From contig OX597841.1 of NCBI GenBank assembly GCA_951406725.2, forward strand, positions 12,028,001 through 12,092,000: 64,000 nucleotides of DNA, in the 5' to 3' direction. The notes beneath the pieces were generated by a model, which had not been told where the DNA came from, made no database searches, and was given only the letters and a program-made list of their open reading frames with translations. Both the position numbers and the translations under genes were made by a program. Shown piece after piece: positions 28,198 through 41,435 of this stretch. Position 1 is the stretch's first letter; the number at the start of each line of letters is the position of its first letter. The DNA is from Octopus vulgaris (taxonomy: Eukaryota).

Positions 28198-30171
28198 TCT
28201 CTCTCTCTCTCTCTCTCTCATTTACATGTAGTAATCCATGCATAAATGTTGAAACGCATGGTACTAAAATACATATATGCAGTTATATATAACCGTGCGA
28301 GCGTACATTGTTTGATATGTATGTACGTATGTGTAGATGTATATGTGTGTATACGTGTCTGGGTATGTGTGTGCCGTATGTTGTGTATATTTGTGTATAA
28401 ATATGTACATGCATGCACATATGAGCATGTGTAAATATACATATGTATTATATATGTATGCATGTAAAATATATTTTAAAAAAATAATAAAATAAAACAA
28501 GTTTGAATTTTAACCATTGTCCTTGGAAAAATTGTCATATATATGTATAGAAAGAGCCATATACATCGATGACATAGTTTTCCGATCGGTCACGGTTGGA
28601 ACGTCTCTCCGATCACCCATAATCCACCTACTGGTTCAGTAAAGACTGTAGAAGTAGGGGTTTTAAACATGATCGACAACGCGGATTTCAGCAAAAACCA
28701 CGCACCATAAGGAAACAAACTAAAACCGTGTTGTTTACAATGTTTATATGTATTTAAATGTGTAATATACTGACCTTTTCATTGTCCAAGGTGGAGGTAA
28801 GGGACTGGCCTAAGGCTTCATTCAGTGTGGGGGTGATCGTAAGTCCACGACAGGGTGACCATTTGGACACACGAGCGGAAGAGATAGCAACATAATAATC
28901 CTTGTAGTGAGTTTGATAATGGCTTTTAAACATTGCACTAAGAGCTGCTGCTGATGGTGGTGGTAGTAAAAGGTAAAAAGTGCGTCGTGGTGAGATGAAG
29001 TCACTCTGTACTGATGGTGGTGACGGTGTTGTGGTGTGGTGAGAGATAATGTCGTGATAGAACACTCTGTACCGATGAGAGTGGTGATGGTGACTGTTGT
29101 GGTTGTGGTGAAAGTTACTCAGAACTGATGTGGGGCTGGCGGGAGATACCGGTGTACCGATGATGGTGATAGTGGTGGGGAGAAGTTACTCTACTGATGG
29201 GGTGGTGATAGCGACTGTATAATGATGGTGGGAGTGGTGGTGAGCGGTTACAGTGTACGAATGATAGTGGTGGTGGTAGAGAGAGAGAGAGAGAGAGAGG
29301 TAGACTGTAGTAGTAGTAGGAGGAACACAAACGCACACACTCGAACACATAGAAATAAATACATTCACTCACACACAAACGTATGCGCACACAGTACCTG
29401 GATCTGTAAAACAGATCAAAGATAAAATACAAGAGATCGTAAGATCATTTCCAGTTTTCCACACGCACATATCAACACTTGTCAATGAACGTAGTGCACC
29501 AAATTACCAAACTCCCAACAGGTCAGGGGTCACTTCAACGTATCCTGATTGATATTGCTATCTGACCTATTTCCAACACAGAAATGAAAACACTCACTCA
29601 CACACACGCACAAACACAGAAATGAAAACACACAGTTACACACTCACAAACGCACAAACTCGAACACATAGAAATAATTACATTCACTCACACACACGCA
29701 CGGAAATGAAAATAATCACACATACTCACACACAGAAATGAAAACACAGTTACAAACTCACACACCTAGCAATGAAAACACACATGTACACACTCACTCA
29801 TTCACACACACACACACACACTCAGGCACAAACATTGAACCGGAAACACTCTGTCACACAGGTGCGCGCAAACACAGACACAGAAATTAAAGCACACACA
29901 CACACATATTGGCTTACAAACACACTCATTTAATTTCTTCAGAATGTCAAAGTTTTAAAGTCAACATATTTAAAGCATAAATACCTACAAGTGTGCATCT
30001 TTGCATGTATCTATGTGTGTGTGTGTTCGGACGTATGTGTGTTTGTGCGTGTTTGAGCACAGTCCACACATACGCTGCCGTAACGTAACGGTTAGAATGA
30101 GTACTAGCATTCCAAAGAATAAGTCCTAGAGTACGTTTTGTTTGACTAAAGACGGTGCGCGGGCATACATA

Positions 30172-30238
<67 letters not shown>

Positions 30239-30244
30239 AATACA

Positions 30245-32040
30245 AAATAATAATGGCCTCCACTCATGACCGAGGAAGACCATAGCCGACATACAGGAAC
30301 ATTGTGCGCTCTAGGACTAACTTATATTTTGCATTTGCGGCTCCGTTGGTGGCTAATGAGCCCTGCTCTTGACAAGCATACACGACTGCAAACATTGCAG
30401 ACCAAGCTTTCCCCATTCACTATACGAGCCGTGTGCTTTCGCGCAGCTCGCTTAAGTTCTTCATGCTGGATACGTGCTCTCTCAAAAGTGTCCTCCATCT
30501 GTGGCGATGACAGGTATTGCTCTCCCAGTCAGTGTCCTGCATATCACAGGCCTTTAATGAGGACTTGACACAGTCCTTAAATCGCAGCCTTGGTTTCTGC
30601 CGGACTCTCCTTCCATTCACAAGTTCTCCATAGAGCATCTGCTTAGGAATCCTTCTATCCTTCATTCGAATAAGGTGTCCAGTCCAACGCAACCGGTGCT
30701 TGTGCACCACCGCTTCAATACTCAAGATATCAGCTGTCCTCAGGATCTGTGTGTCGGGAGTTTTTGAAGTCCAGCCAACATTGAGAATGTGTCTGAGACA
30801 TCTCTGATGAAAACGTTCAAGGACCCTTACCTGACGTTTGTACAGAGTCCATATCTCACATGAGTAGAGAAGCGATGTCAGTACATAAGTACGGTACACA
30901 GCAACTTTTGTTCTCCTTGCGATGCCATGTTGGTACCAGACACGAGACTGAAGAGACTGGAAGGAATTAGTTGCTCTCTGCAACCTGAAAGATAGTTCCT
31001 CATCCAAGGAGCAAGAACGGCTGAGTGTGCTGCCCAGATAGACAAACTTGTCTACTACCTTCAGAATTGTTCCTTCAACGAAGATAGCTGGTTCTATATA
31101 TGGATTTCCGGGTGCAGGCTGGAACATTACAACAGTCTTGTCCAGGCCAATGCTGAGTCCAAATGCTCTGCAAGAAGCAGAAATGCAATTCATGATTATT
31201 TGCATGTCATCTACTGTATGAGTGACTAAGTCACAGTCATCTACATAAAGGAGGTCACGAATAATAGTCTGGAAAACCTTTGAATTGGCAGCAAATTGGC
31301 GAAGATTAAAGAGGCGGCCAGAAGATAGATATCTGATATATATTCCCAGAGAGCTAACCTTAGCAAAAGCATGAGTAAAAGTAGCAGCAAAGTACAAAGA
31401 AAAGAGAGTTGGGGCAAGGATGTCACCCTGCTTGACACCATTCTCTACAGGAATGGGTCCCACCATGGCACCACCAACATTGACCTAAGCCTCCATCCCA
31501 TCATGAAATGATTTAATTATAGATACAAAGTGATCCGGACATCCAAGTTTGCCAAGTATTTTCCATAGAAAGGCCCTATTTACGGTATCTAAGGCCTTAG
31601 CTAAATCAATGAATACCTGGACAAGATCCATATTCTGCTCATAGCACTTCTCATGCATCTGTCTTGCTGTGAAAATCATATCCATTGTCCCTCTACCAGA
31701 TCGGAAGCCACATTGAGATTCAGATAGGACATCATTTACGAGACACCCATTCAGACGGGCAAGAAGAATATTTACCAGAACCTTACCAGCAGCTGATAGT
31801 AGAGCAATACCTCTGTAGTTACCACACATTGTTCTGGCTCCTTTTCCTTTATATAGAGGAAGAATAATTGCATCCTTCCAGTCTTTATGGATTGCACCAT
31901 CCCTCCAGACTGCACTAATAAGTTCATGAAGGGACTGCGTGATGCAATTACCACCAAATCGCAAGACCTCAGCACAAATTCCATCCTTTCTAGGTGCCCT
32001 ACCAAGATTCAATTTAATTATTGATGTCATTACTTCATCT
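30245..32040 (-). mobile_element. RTE-BovB-like LINE, 5'-truncated
   Basis: NYRGIALLS, SQCGFRSGR, FIDLAKALD, GVKQGDILAPTLF, LLYVDD, RLRWTGH, C-terminal VCNVCSRVCLSRAGLISHQR zinc finger. In-frame TAG at 31485, late frameshift, ATT tail. Confidence 0.93.
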
Positions 32041-32092
32041 ATATACATATATATACAAGTATATATATATGCAAACATACACATATCAATAT

Positions 32093-32147
<55 letters not shown>

Positions 32148-33482
32148 TACATATACATACATAGATATATACATATATATATTTATATATATTTACATAC
32201 ATATATACGTGCATTTACCCACACACGCATATATCCACTGAATATGGCCAATAATATTCCAAAACACTACTGGGTTGAAAATGTAATCAGTTCACTGATA
32301 AACGCTTGGTACACTCACCAAAACGATTGTGTAAAAGCTAATGTTTACAGTAAACTCGCTGAAAAATTAGCAAAACATTCAGAAGACGATACAAAAAACA
32401 CGGACGGGTCATTCGAAGCCTTCAATCTTCAGTGAAGAACCGGATCATCCTCGCAATTTCGGCTGATTAATTTTGAGATTGCTCCAATCTGACCAGCCCC
32501 AAGGAAAAACTAAGCTAAGCGCATTAGATTCCTTGGAAAAAAGCTTCGAATGTATACGAAACAAGGACAGAAAAACGGACGATGTTATACGAATATGAAT
32601 ACAAAAATAACACGAAATAACAATAATAATATATATATATGCGACAGGCTTCTTTTAGTTTCCATATACCAAATCCACCAGACTATAGTAAAGACAGTTG
32701 CACAAAGTACAGTGCAGTGGAACAGAAACCGGAACCATTTCGTCGGAAAGCAAATATTATACCACAGAGCCGCCTGCGCCTACACACAGATTGCAGCCAC
32801 ATCTTCCTCGAATCGTAGCATAGTGTTTAGAAGAGTCACGTGGTATAAGGTAGTTTTAAATGCAGTGAAATCGAAAAACAAAAAGTACGGGAAGATATGG
32901 TTGGTTGGGATCATCGGCGAGGTCGATCAATACTTACCTAGGGTTAAATAATATCAAACCTATATAGCATTTTTTATCATCTCTCTTTTAAGCTGCCGTG
33001 TGTATGACATATGTGATGGCATGTATGGTCTACACAGGTGCCGGAACTGATCTTTTTAGGTGCACTCGAATTTTGATAAAGGTTTTAAAAATGCATTTAA
33101 CCCTTAGTGAGTGAGTGAGTGAGTGAGTGAGTGAGTGAGTGAGTGTGAGTGTGTGTGTGTGTGCGCGCGCGCGAAAATATTACCTAACGGCAAATATGAT
33201 CGGATAAAGGCCCTTTGGCATGTTCAACAAGGCGATAATCAGAACATGAAAATTCAGTCATCTCTATGTTCACAATGTACACACACACAGACATGCACAC
33301 CTCACGTACACACACACACAGGCAAACACACACATAAAGCTGAAGATATAAGTATAGACACACATACATACATTATATATATGTATGCCCAAAATGCCAC
33401 GCAGTCGGACTGAACCCGGAACTCTATGGGTGGTAAGCGAGCTACTTACCTCACAGTCAGTCCTACGCCTATATAAATATAT

Positions 33483-33483
<1 letters not shown>

Positions 33484-33551
<68 letters not shown>
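33484..33551. repeat. (GATA)n microsatellite
   Basis: Directly visible; abuts the RTE tail. Confidence 0.95.
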
Positions 33552-33552
<1 letters not shown>

Positions 33553-33553
<1 letters not shown>

Positions 33554-35220
33554 TTATCATCATCATCGTTTAACGTCCGTTTTCCGCGCTAGCACGGGTT
33601 GGACGGTTCGACTGGGGTCTGGGAAGCCAGGGGCTGCACCTGGCTCCAGTCTGATCTGGCAGTGTTTCTACAGCTGGATGCCCTTCTTAACGCCAACTAC
33701 TCCGCGAGTGTAGTGAGTGCTTTTTACGTGCCACCTGCACAGGTGCCAGGGGGGTCTGGCATCGGCCACGATTGGTTGGTGCTTTTAACGTGCCACCGGC
33801 ACGGAAGCCAGCCGAGGCGGCGCTGGCATCGGCCACGTTCGGATGGTGCTTTTTATGTGCCACCGGCACAGAAGCCAGTCGAGGCGGCGCTGGCATCGGC
33901 CACGTTCGGATGATGCTTTTTATGTGCCACCGGCACAGAAGCCAGTCGAGGCGGCGCTGGCAACGGCCACGTTTGGATGGTGCTTTTTATGTGCCACCGG
34001 CACAGGTATCACAACTACTATTTCCATTGATATTTGTTTCGATGTTCATGTACATGCACTTGACTCAACAGGTCTCCTCAAGCACAGCGAGATGTTCTGG
34101 GATCCAAGGTACTTTGAATGGGCAGGGGCTATGCGGAACTGGTGCCGGAAGCATCCCGGGTCTTTGCAGTCACAGCACATCTCCAGAGATCTCGGTCCTT
34201 CGCCATTGCCTCAGTGAGGCCCAACGCTCTGAGGTCATGCTTGACAACCTCATCTCATGTCTTCCTGGGTCTACCTATCCCCCTGATTCCTTCAACTGTT
34301 TGGGAGCGGCACTTCTTCACACATCTCTCCTCATCCATCCACAGTACATGACCATACCATCGCAAGCGTCGCTCTTGCACACCACATCTGATGCTTCTTA
34401 TGCCCAGCATTTCTCTCAGGGTGCTTACACTCTGTCGTGCGTTCACACTGACATTACACATCCAGCGGATCATGCTAGCTTCATTTCTTTCAAGTCTACG
34501 CATGTCCTCTGCAGTCACGGCCCATGTTTCACTATCGTGAAGCATGGCAGTTCGCACACATGCATCATACAATCTACCTTTCACTCTGAGTGAGAGACCC
34601 TTTGTCGCCAGTAGGGGTAGGAGCTTTCTAAACTTTGCTCAGGCTATTCGTATTCTAGTGGTGACACTCTCTGAGCATCCACCTTCACTACTAACTTGGT
34701 CACCCAGGTAGCGGAAACTATCAACTACTTCTAGTTTCTCCCCCTGGGGTGTGATGGAATCTGTTTTCTGAGTATTTGTGGTGTCTATTGTCCCTGTGCA
34801 TCTGCCGCACATGAAAGCTATCTTATCAATTAATTTCCCTTTGATGTTGCTGCACCTCTTATGCGTCCATAGCTTACACTGGATGCATCTTATGGAGTTT
34901 CTACCTACACCTTTCCTACAGATCGAGCAGGGCCACCTGCCCGATGGGGTGTGTGCTGAGTTCGCCTTTCTGCTTACTATAACTTTGGTCTTTGCTACAT
35001 TTACTCTAAGGCCCTTTGACTCTAACCCTTGTTTCCACACCCGAAATTTCTTTTCTAGTTCCGGTAGTGATTCTGCTATGAGAGCCAGGTCATCAGCATA
35101 GAGGAGCTCCCAGGGGCAACCTGTTTTGAATTCCTCTGTTATTGCCTGGAGGACTATGATGAATAAAAGGGGACTGAGGGCTGAGATTTGGTGTACACCT
35201 ACTTCTACCAGGAATTCTTC
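33553..35220 (-). mobile_element. RTE-clade LINE with a PHD insertion, 3' part
   Basis: VGVHQISALSPLLF, LLYADDL, FRYLG, RLRWYGHV, GRPRKT; 3' UTR ending aaaacggacgttaaacgatgatgatgat. Confidence 0.92.
33717..34005. repeat. 67-bp GC-rich tandem repeat in the RTE 3' UTR (about 4.4 units)
   Basis: Anchor (g/a)tgcttttta(c/t)gtgccacc at 33717, 33779, 33846, 33913 and 33980. Confidence 0.9.
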
Positions 35221-35233
35221 ACACACACACACA

Positions 35234-35269
<36 letters not shown>

Positions 35270-35270
35270 C

Positions 35271-35325
<55 letters not shown>

Positions 35326-35399
35326 TACATACATACATACATACATACATACATACATACATACATACATACATACATACATACATACATACATACATA
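35221..35399. repeat. Compound microsatellite (CA)(CACG)(CA)(CATA)
   Basis: Directly visible. Confidence 0.95.
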
Positions 35400-35569
35400 G
35401 GGACAACAAAATACCAAATAAAATATGATGACCTCGAAGACAGAATATTCCGGAATTGGTAACTTGATCTGTTAACACTTTTGAATTAATAAAGAGTCCA
35501 AAGTAAGAATGCTGTGTGTGTGTGTGGTAGGTTGTATGCATATATCTGATAATAGCGATAATGAGATAC

Positions 35570-38500
35570 ACACCTGTATACACATACCAAACTACTAAAC
35601 ACCCAATAACACCAACATGAAATATGTATCCTCTGACAAAGTGGCAAATCAAATAGGTAACTCTTTTTTACTGTCTTACCTAGAAAATATGAAGGCCGAC
35701 CTAAGCCAGGATATCCAACGAGCTATCAGCAACCACCTATGCAAATCACAAGGACCACACACCCACTACCAACAAGAAAATCATACACACACAGCTCCAT
35801 ATAAGAACTACCCACATTGTTACCACTGAACAACATAAAACACAACTTAGAACAAGGCAAACATCAAACTCCCCTTACCTCGACATTCCTGTTAAATGTA
35901 CGTGGCATCAACCCATCAATTATTGCCCAAAAATGGAAGATCCCATATATAGAGAGTTGGCTTGCTGAAACGGCACATTGCTTCCCTTCCTTTATCCTTA
36001 CTGAGACTCACATGAACAACACCCATATGGACGCCGAGGTGAAAATAAAAGATTTCACCATTGTTCGTGTGGATCGCACAGACCGAAATAAGGGAGGGAC
36101 AGCCATCTTTATCCATGACTCCTTTTCACTTGATGCCAAAGACATATTTTCCAATGGCTATTGGGAATCGGTATCACTATTCAGCAAGGCCAAGGACATA
36201 ATCATTGTTGGTCTTTACAGGCCTCCCCAAGCACCTCTAAAGTGCTTTGAAGAGTGCCTTAGTAAAGTCAAGTCCTTCATTCGGAAGTACAACTCCGGAA
36301 ACATACTAGTGATGGGTGATTTTAACCTCCCTTATGTGAACTGGCCCACAAATACTCTGAAGTTAGGCAAATGCTCTACATCAGATAGAGCAGCAGCAGA
36401 ACTGCTCTTTAATCTAATGGATGAATACTTGCTGACTCAGCTAGTGCTCGAACCAACGAGACAGAATAAAACGATCTTGGATCTGGTATTGACCAATCAC
36501 TCTAGCTTCGTTCACAGTATTTCAGTTGAAAAAACTATCCTCTCAGACCACGACATGATACTCTGCAATTTCAATTCCCGACATATAAAAACCAAACCAG
36601 CCAATACCACTCCATGGCACTCATTTGACAACATAAACTTCCACAAAGCGGACTGGGGAGCAACCAGAAAGGATCTGTCTTGCATCGACTTGTCTTTCAC
36701 TCTCAATTCCATCCATACTGAGACCGCATGGCAGCACTTTGAAAACATTGTCACCTATACATGCGCTAAACACGCTCCCATGAAATCTACTAACACAAAC
36801 AGAAACTGGCTCCCTAAAAAGAAAAAAACACTCATCAGGCGCATCAAAAGACTCAACAAACAAAATCAACCAATTAAAATATTCCCACATACAACATCCA
36901 AATTCAACAACAATGAAAAGGCTAGAGCTGGAAAAACTTCATCTACAGAACGACATGAAAACCTCCATTGAAAATCAAAGAGCTGTGGAGGAACAGTGGG
37001 TAATCAAAAACATCAAACAGAACCCAAAAGTGTTCTATTCTTATGCAAATAAGCATAGAACCACTGTCTCACCCATTGGGCCATTGATTGATGATAACGG
37101 CATTCCCCAACACGATACTAAAGAAATGGCAGAAATACTGCAGAAATAATATTGCTTTGTCTGATATTGACACAAGAGAAGCGACCGAAGTTGACCCTCA
37201 ACATAAAATCTCAGACATAACCTTCACTGCCACTGACATCACAGCAGCAATAAATGAGATCAAATACTACTCTGCTGTAGGCCCTGATAGATTCCCTGCT
37301 AGTCTCCTGAAGGAATGTAGACACCAACTTGCAGTCCCTCTGACCAACCTCTGGAGAAATTCGTTAGACGCAGGTTATATACCGAAACAGTTTCTATCCC
37401 AGTCAGTCATCCCGGTTTTCAAACAGGGAAACAGATCCCTCGCACTCAACTATCGCCCAATCTCACTCACCTCCCACATCATCAAAGTGTTTGAAAGAGT
37501 GTTAAGATCAAGGATAGCTGACTTCCTGGAGACCCACAAACTCCTAAATGCAAATCAGCATGGCTTTCGCTGAGGCAGGGACTGTCTAACACAGCTCTTA
37601 CACCACATTGAAGATGTACTCAAAGCCTTGGGAACAGGTTCGAACTCTGATGTCATATATCTTGACTTCAGTAAAGCGTTCGACAGGGTAGACCATAATA
37701 TCCTACTCTCAAAATTGGCAAATGTTGGAATCCGTGGAAAAGTTCTACACTAGATCAAGTATTTCCAGGCGAATATAACACAACATGTTGTAGTTGATGG
37801 AGTCCACTCAAGCCCAGCATAAGTCACCAGCGGTGTCCCCCAGGGGACTATTTTGGGTCTGCTACTCTTCATAATTTACATAAACGACCTTTCCAGTGTC
37901 GTACATTACTGCAAAGTGAAAATATTTGCTGATGACACTAAGCTCCAGCAAATCGTCAATGAAGAAGCAGACCGAACTCAACTCCAGTCTGATCTATATG
38001 CTGTGAGTCAATGGGCACACAGAGACAAAATGCAACTGAACAAGGGAAAATTTGAGTTGATGCATTTTGGAAGAAATTCCTCAATAAAAGGGGAACCGCT
38101 TACAGCCTCTAACAATATCAGACCTGGGTGTAATTGTTGATGACGATCTCAGTTGGAGTGCACACATCAACAAGAAGGTCGATATAGCACGTAGGATGAG
38201 TTCCTGGATCTTAAGAACTTTCCGGTCCAGAGAACAAGGTGTCATCATACCACTTTTCTCCTCCTTTGTACGGCCACACCTCGAATACTGCTGCCCACTG
38301 TGGTCTCTTCACACAAGACAAAACATCTCCAGAATTGAGTCACCCCAGAGGGCACTCACTAAACGAATTGAAGGCATGGCTGCTGTCGATTATTGGGATC
38401 GCCTTAAAGCCTTGAACCTTTACTCCCTCCAGCATCGCCGTGAGCGGTACATCATTTGTACGATGTGGAAAATATACCGCCAACTAAGCCCAAACGACCT

Positions 38501-38885
38501 AAACATTAGCTTCAAGGTTCATCCAAGACTTGGACCACGGGCTATACGTCCCCTGCCCAATTCAAGATCACAACATACATGTACACTGCAACATAATTTC
38601 TTTTCCTCAACAGGCCCTGCCCTATTTAACATTGTCCCGAAAGAGATCAAAGAGGAACAGGATCCCATCAACTTTAAACGGAGTCTGGATAGATTCCTTC
38701 AAGGAATACCAGATAAGCCACCCATAATTGGATACAACTCACCCAACAAAAACTCACTACTTGAATGGACCATAAACAAAACTTGACTTAAACAGGATTC
38801 AAATAATCCTATCAGGTGGTGCTATTAAGTTAGACATGGCCTGGACCAATCTTTGGTCGAAACATATCAAGGTTTATCTAAGTTT
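35570..38885 (+). mobile_element. CR1-group LINE family A, near-complete ORF2 (EN+RT) with possible ORF1 tail; defective (copy 3)
   Basis: LLNVRG, LTETH, YRPP, GDFN, SDH; RT motifs through FADD; C-terminus NSLLEWTINKT*; 3' UTR and tail. Multiple stops and frameshifts. The 5' boundary is uncertain. Confidence 0.92.
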
Positions 38886-39097
38886 ATATACAAACATACA
38901 AACATGTATATACAAATCTATATACAAACATATATACAAATATATATATATACAGACATATATATACAAATATATATATACAAACATATATATATATATA
39001 CAAACATATATACAAACACATATATACAAATATATATACAAACATATATACACAAATATATATACAAACATATACATACAAATATATATACAAACAT
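38886..39097. repeat. Low-complexity (ATATATACAAAC-like) satellite
   Basis: Imperfect units of 10-14 bp. Confidence 0.85.
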
Positions 39098-39705
39098 ATG
39101 ACCCTCTCCGTAACCTTCATTACCTGATCCAACAGCTTGATACCTCTGTATTTATTTGTATCTAAAGCGTCACCTTTACCTTTGTAGCAGTTGACTATTA
39201 TGCTGCTACACCAGTCATTGGGTATGACTCCTTCGTGTATCAACTGGTTAACTATACGGGTGACTAGGCTATAACCAACACTGCCAGATATTTTGAGCCT
39301 CTCTGCAGTAATTCCTGATGGACCTGGGGCTTTCCCTGTCTTCATACTTCTAATTATCTTATCTACCAAAGAACTGTCAACTCGGATAGCTGGTCCCTCA
39401 GTTGGGTCGACATTCGGCAGACTCTCTTTCTCCCATTCATTGTCTTTATTCAGCAACCTTTCATAGTGGCGTCTCCAAACCTCTCTCTTTGCAGCCACAT
39501 TTAGCGCAAGTGAACCATTATCCATGCGAACACATTTCTCTCCTACCACATCACGATTCTCTCTCACACACTGTCTTGCAACACGAAATATCTCAAGTCT
39601 TTTGTCCTCACAGCGCAGAACATTGGCAAATTTTTTCTTATCTGCTTCTCCTATGGCTAAATAAACCTGCCTCCTAGCTTCCCTTCTGGCAGTCTGACAC
39701 ACTTC
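39098..39705 (-). mobile_element. RTE LINE upstream part, probably the same element as 33553-35220
   Basis: VWRRHYERLLN, MKTGKAPGPSGI, IPNDW, YKGKGD, YRGIKLLDQVMKVTERV. Same strand and collinear with the 3' part. Confidence 0.88.
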
Positions 39706-40078
39706 ACCCATATAGTTAATCAGGATATATAGAAAGGTATTATACCCAATGACTGGCATAGCAGCATTGTAGTCAACTGTTATAGGAAGACAGACGTTAA
39801 ATGATGTTGATATATTTTTTAGTATACATAACTGACTTCTACACGTCCTTCATGGATGATTCTATGATCCACAAAAACAGATGAATTATATCCAAAATGC
39901 TAATGTTGCTGCTACCAAAAGGTATTGAGGACTTGATGCTTTTTGTTTCAGTAGAGTTGCCCTTCCAACTATAATCATCCTTATTTCTTTTAAATCTCTG
40001 AATTATCACCATTATCCCATTGCATGACATTTTGAGTCTATTGGGTACCTGGAAAATGAATAAAACCAGTCGTGTGTA

Positions 40079-40575
40079 TCTCTTATTATAAAAGGCAGAT
40101 TTTATCTGCCTCCCTTTGGGAGTTATACAAATCTACAATATAGGATTTCTTCAATTACAATTTACCTTGCATTTTTAAGAGTACAATGCATTGCGTCATG
40201 CCAGCTCCAGTTTTTAAAATTTAAACTCCAGTTAAGCAAAATTTACAGAAAACTCACATTCTGGTGTGTGTGTCAAATGCTTTTCTTAGTCTGGTTTACA
40301 CCACACGCAAACGCACACACACAGTGGGCAACGAATAAAATGAAACTAATTCACTTACTGTAGTGAGTGATTCTTTCACTCTGCCTCCCACTTCTTCTTT
40401 CCACACAGACACGCAAATATATAAATAAAATTGTAAGCTAACGTGCGTGTGTGTGAGTGGGTGGGTGTGGGTGTGCGCGTGTGTGTGTGTGTGTGAGGGT
40501 GCGTGTGTGTGTGTGTGCGTGTGCGTGAGTGTGTGACAGGAAAGTTTTTTTACGACGAATATAATACCTATATCC
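40079..40575 (+). mobile_element. Possible non-autonomous Helitron-like element
   Basis: Starts A|TCTCTTATTATAAAAG like the element at 41860, with an internal (GT) tract. The 3' terminus was not recognised. Confidence 0.4.
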
Positions 40576-40587
40576 AAGTAGCAGAAA

Positions 40588-41072
40588 GATAAGACAGTAA
40601 GGTGTGATTTGAGGGAGATTTGGCTGCTATTTCTACCATGTCTAGCTGCTATGTAGGGGTCTCCCTCATAGGCTCATACATACATATATATATACATAGA
40701 TAAGACAGTAAGGTGTGATTTGGGGGAAATTTGGCTGCTATTTCTACCAGGTCTAGCTGCCATGTAGGGGTCTCCCTCATAGGCTCATACATACATATAT
40801 ACATAGATAAGACAGTAAGGTGTGATTTGGGGGAAATTTGGCTGCTATTTCTACCAGGTCTAGCTGCCATGAGGGGTCTCCCTCATAGGCTCATACATAC
40901 ATATATACATAGATAAGACAGTAAGGTGTGATTTGGGGGAAATTTGGCTGCTATTTCTACCAGGTCTAGCTACCATGTAGAGGTCCCCCTCATTGGCTCA
41001 TATATATATATACATACATAAGACAGTAAGGTGTGATTTGAGGGAGATTTGGCTGCTGTTTCTACCAGGTCT
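40588..41072. repeat. About 107-bp tandem repeat (about 4.5 units)
   Basis: gataagacagtaaggtgtgatttgggggaaatttggctgctatttctaccaggtctagc... recurs at about 40588, 40699, 40806, 40912 and 41018. Confidence 0.92.
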
Positions 41073-41435
41073 GTTAGGCCTTCTCATGTAAACTCAAGCT
41101 TTCTCATGCCTTCAACATATGACCAAAGCAGAGAATGTATTCTTTTATTCTTCTGCTTTTTCCAGCCATTGGTCTGTGGCCATGCTGGGGCAATGCCTTG
41201 AAGAATTGTAGTTTAATGAATCAACTCCAGTTTTATTTTTGTAAGCATTGTACTTATTCTATCTGTTTCCTTTGTCAAACCACTAGGTGACAGGGATGTA
41301 AACAAACCAACATTCGTTGTCAAGCAGTGGTGGAGGACAATCACAAGCACAGACACGCACACACACACACACACACACATACATGCATACACATATACAC
41401 ACATACATACATATATATATATGTGTATATATATA

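Larger units (their letters stand above)
23920..30380 (+). repeat. Local direct duplication: 23920-26438 = 28198-30378, separated by a LINE fragment
   Basis: Near-identical sequence apart from a SINE in copy 1, about 30 extra bp in copy 2 (28811-28840), microsatellite lengths and one mismatch cluster. Confidence 0.93.

Noticed and set aside
32225-32630. Possible second hammerhead or pLTR (GGCTG…CAGCC-GAAA and CTGAAGA on the minus strand) and a short ORF
   Set aside because: The core elements are not in the correct order with supporting stems I and III. Left as an unclassified sequence, probably a repeat.
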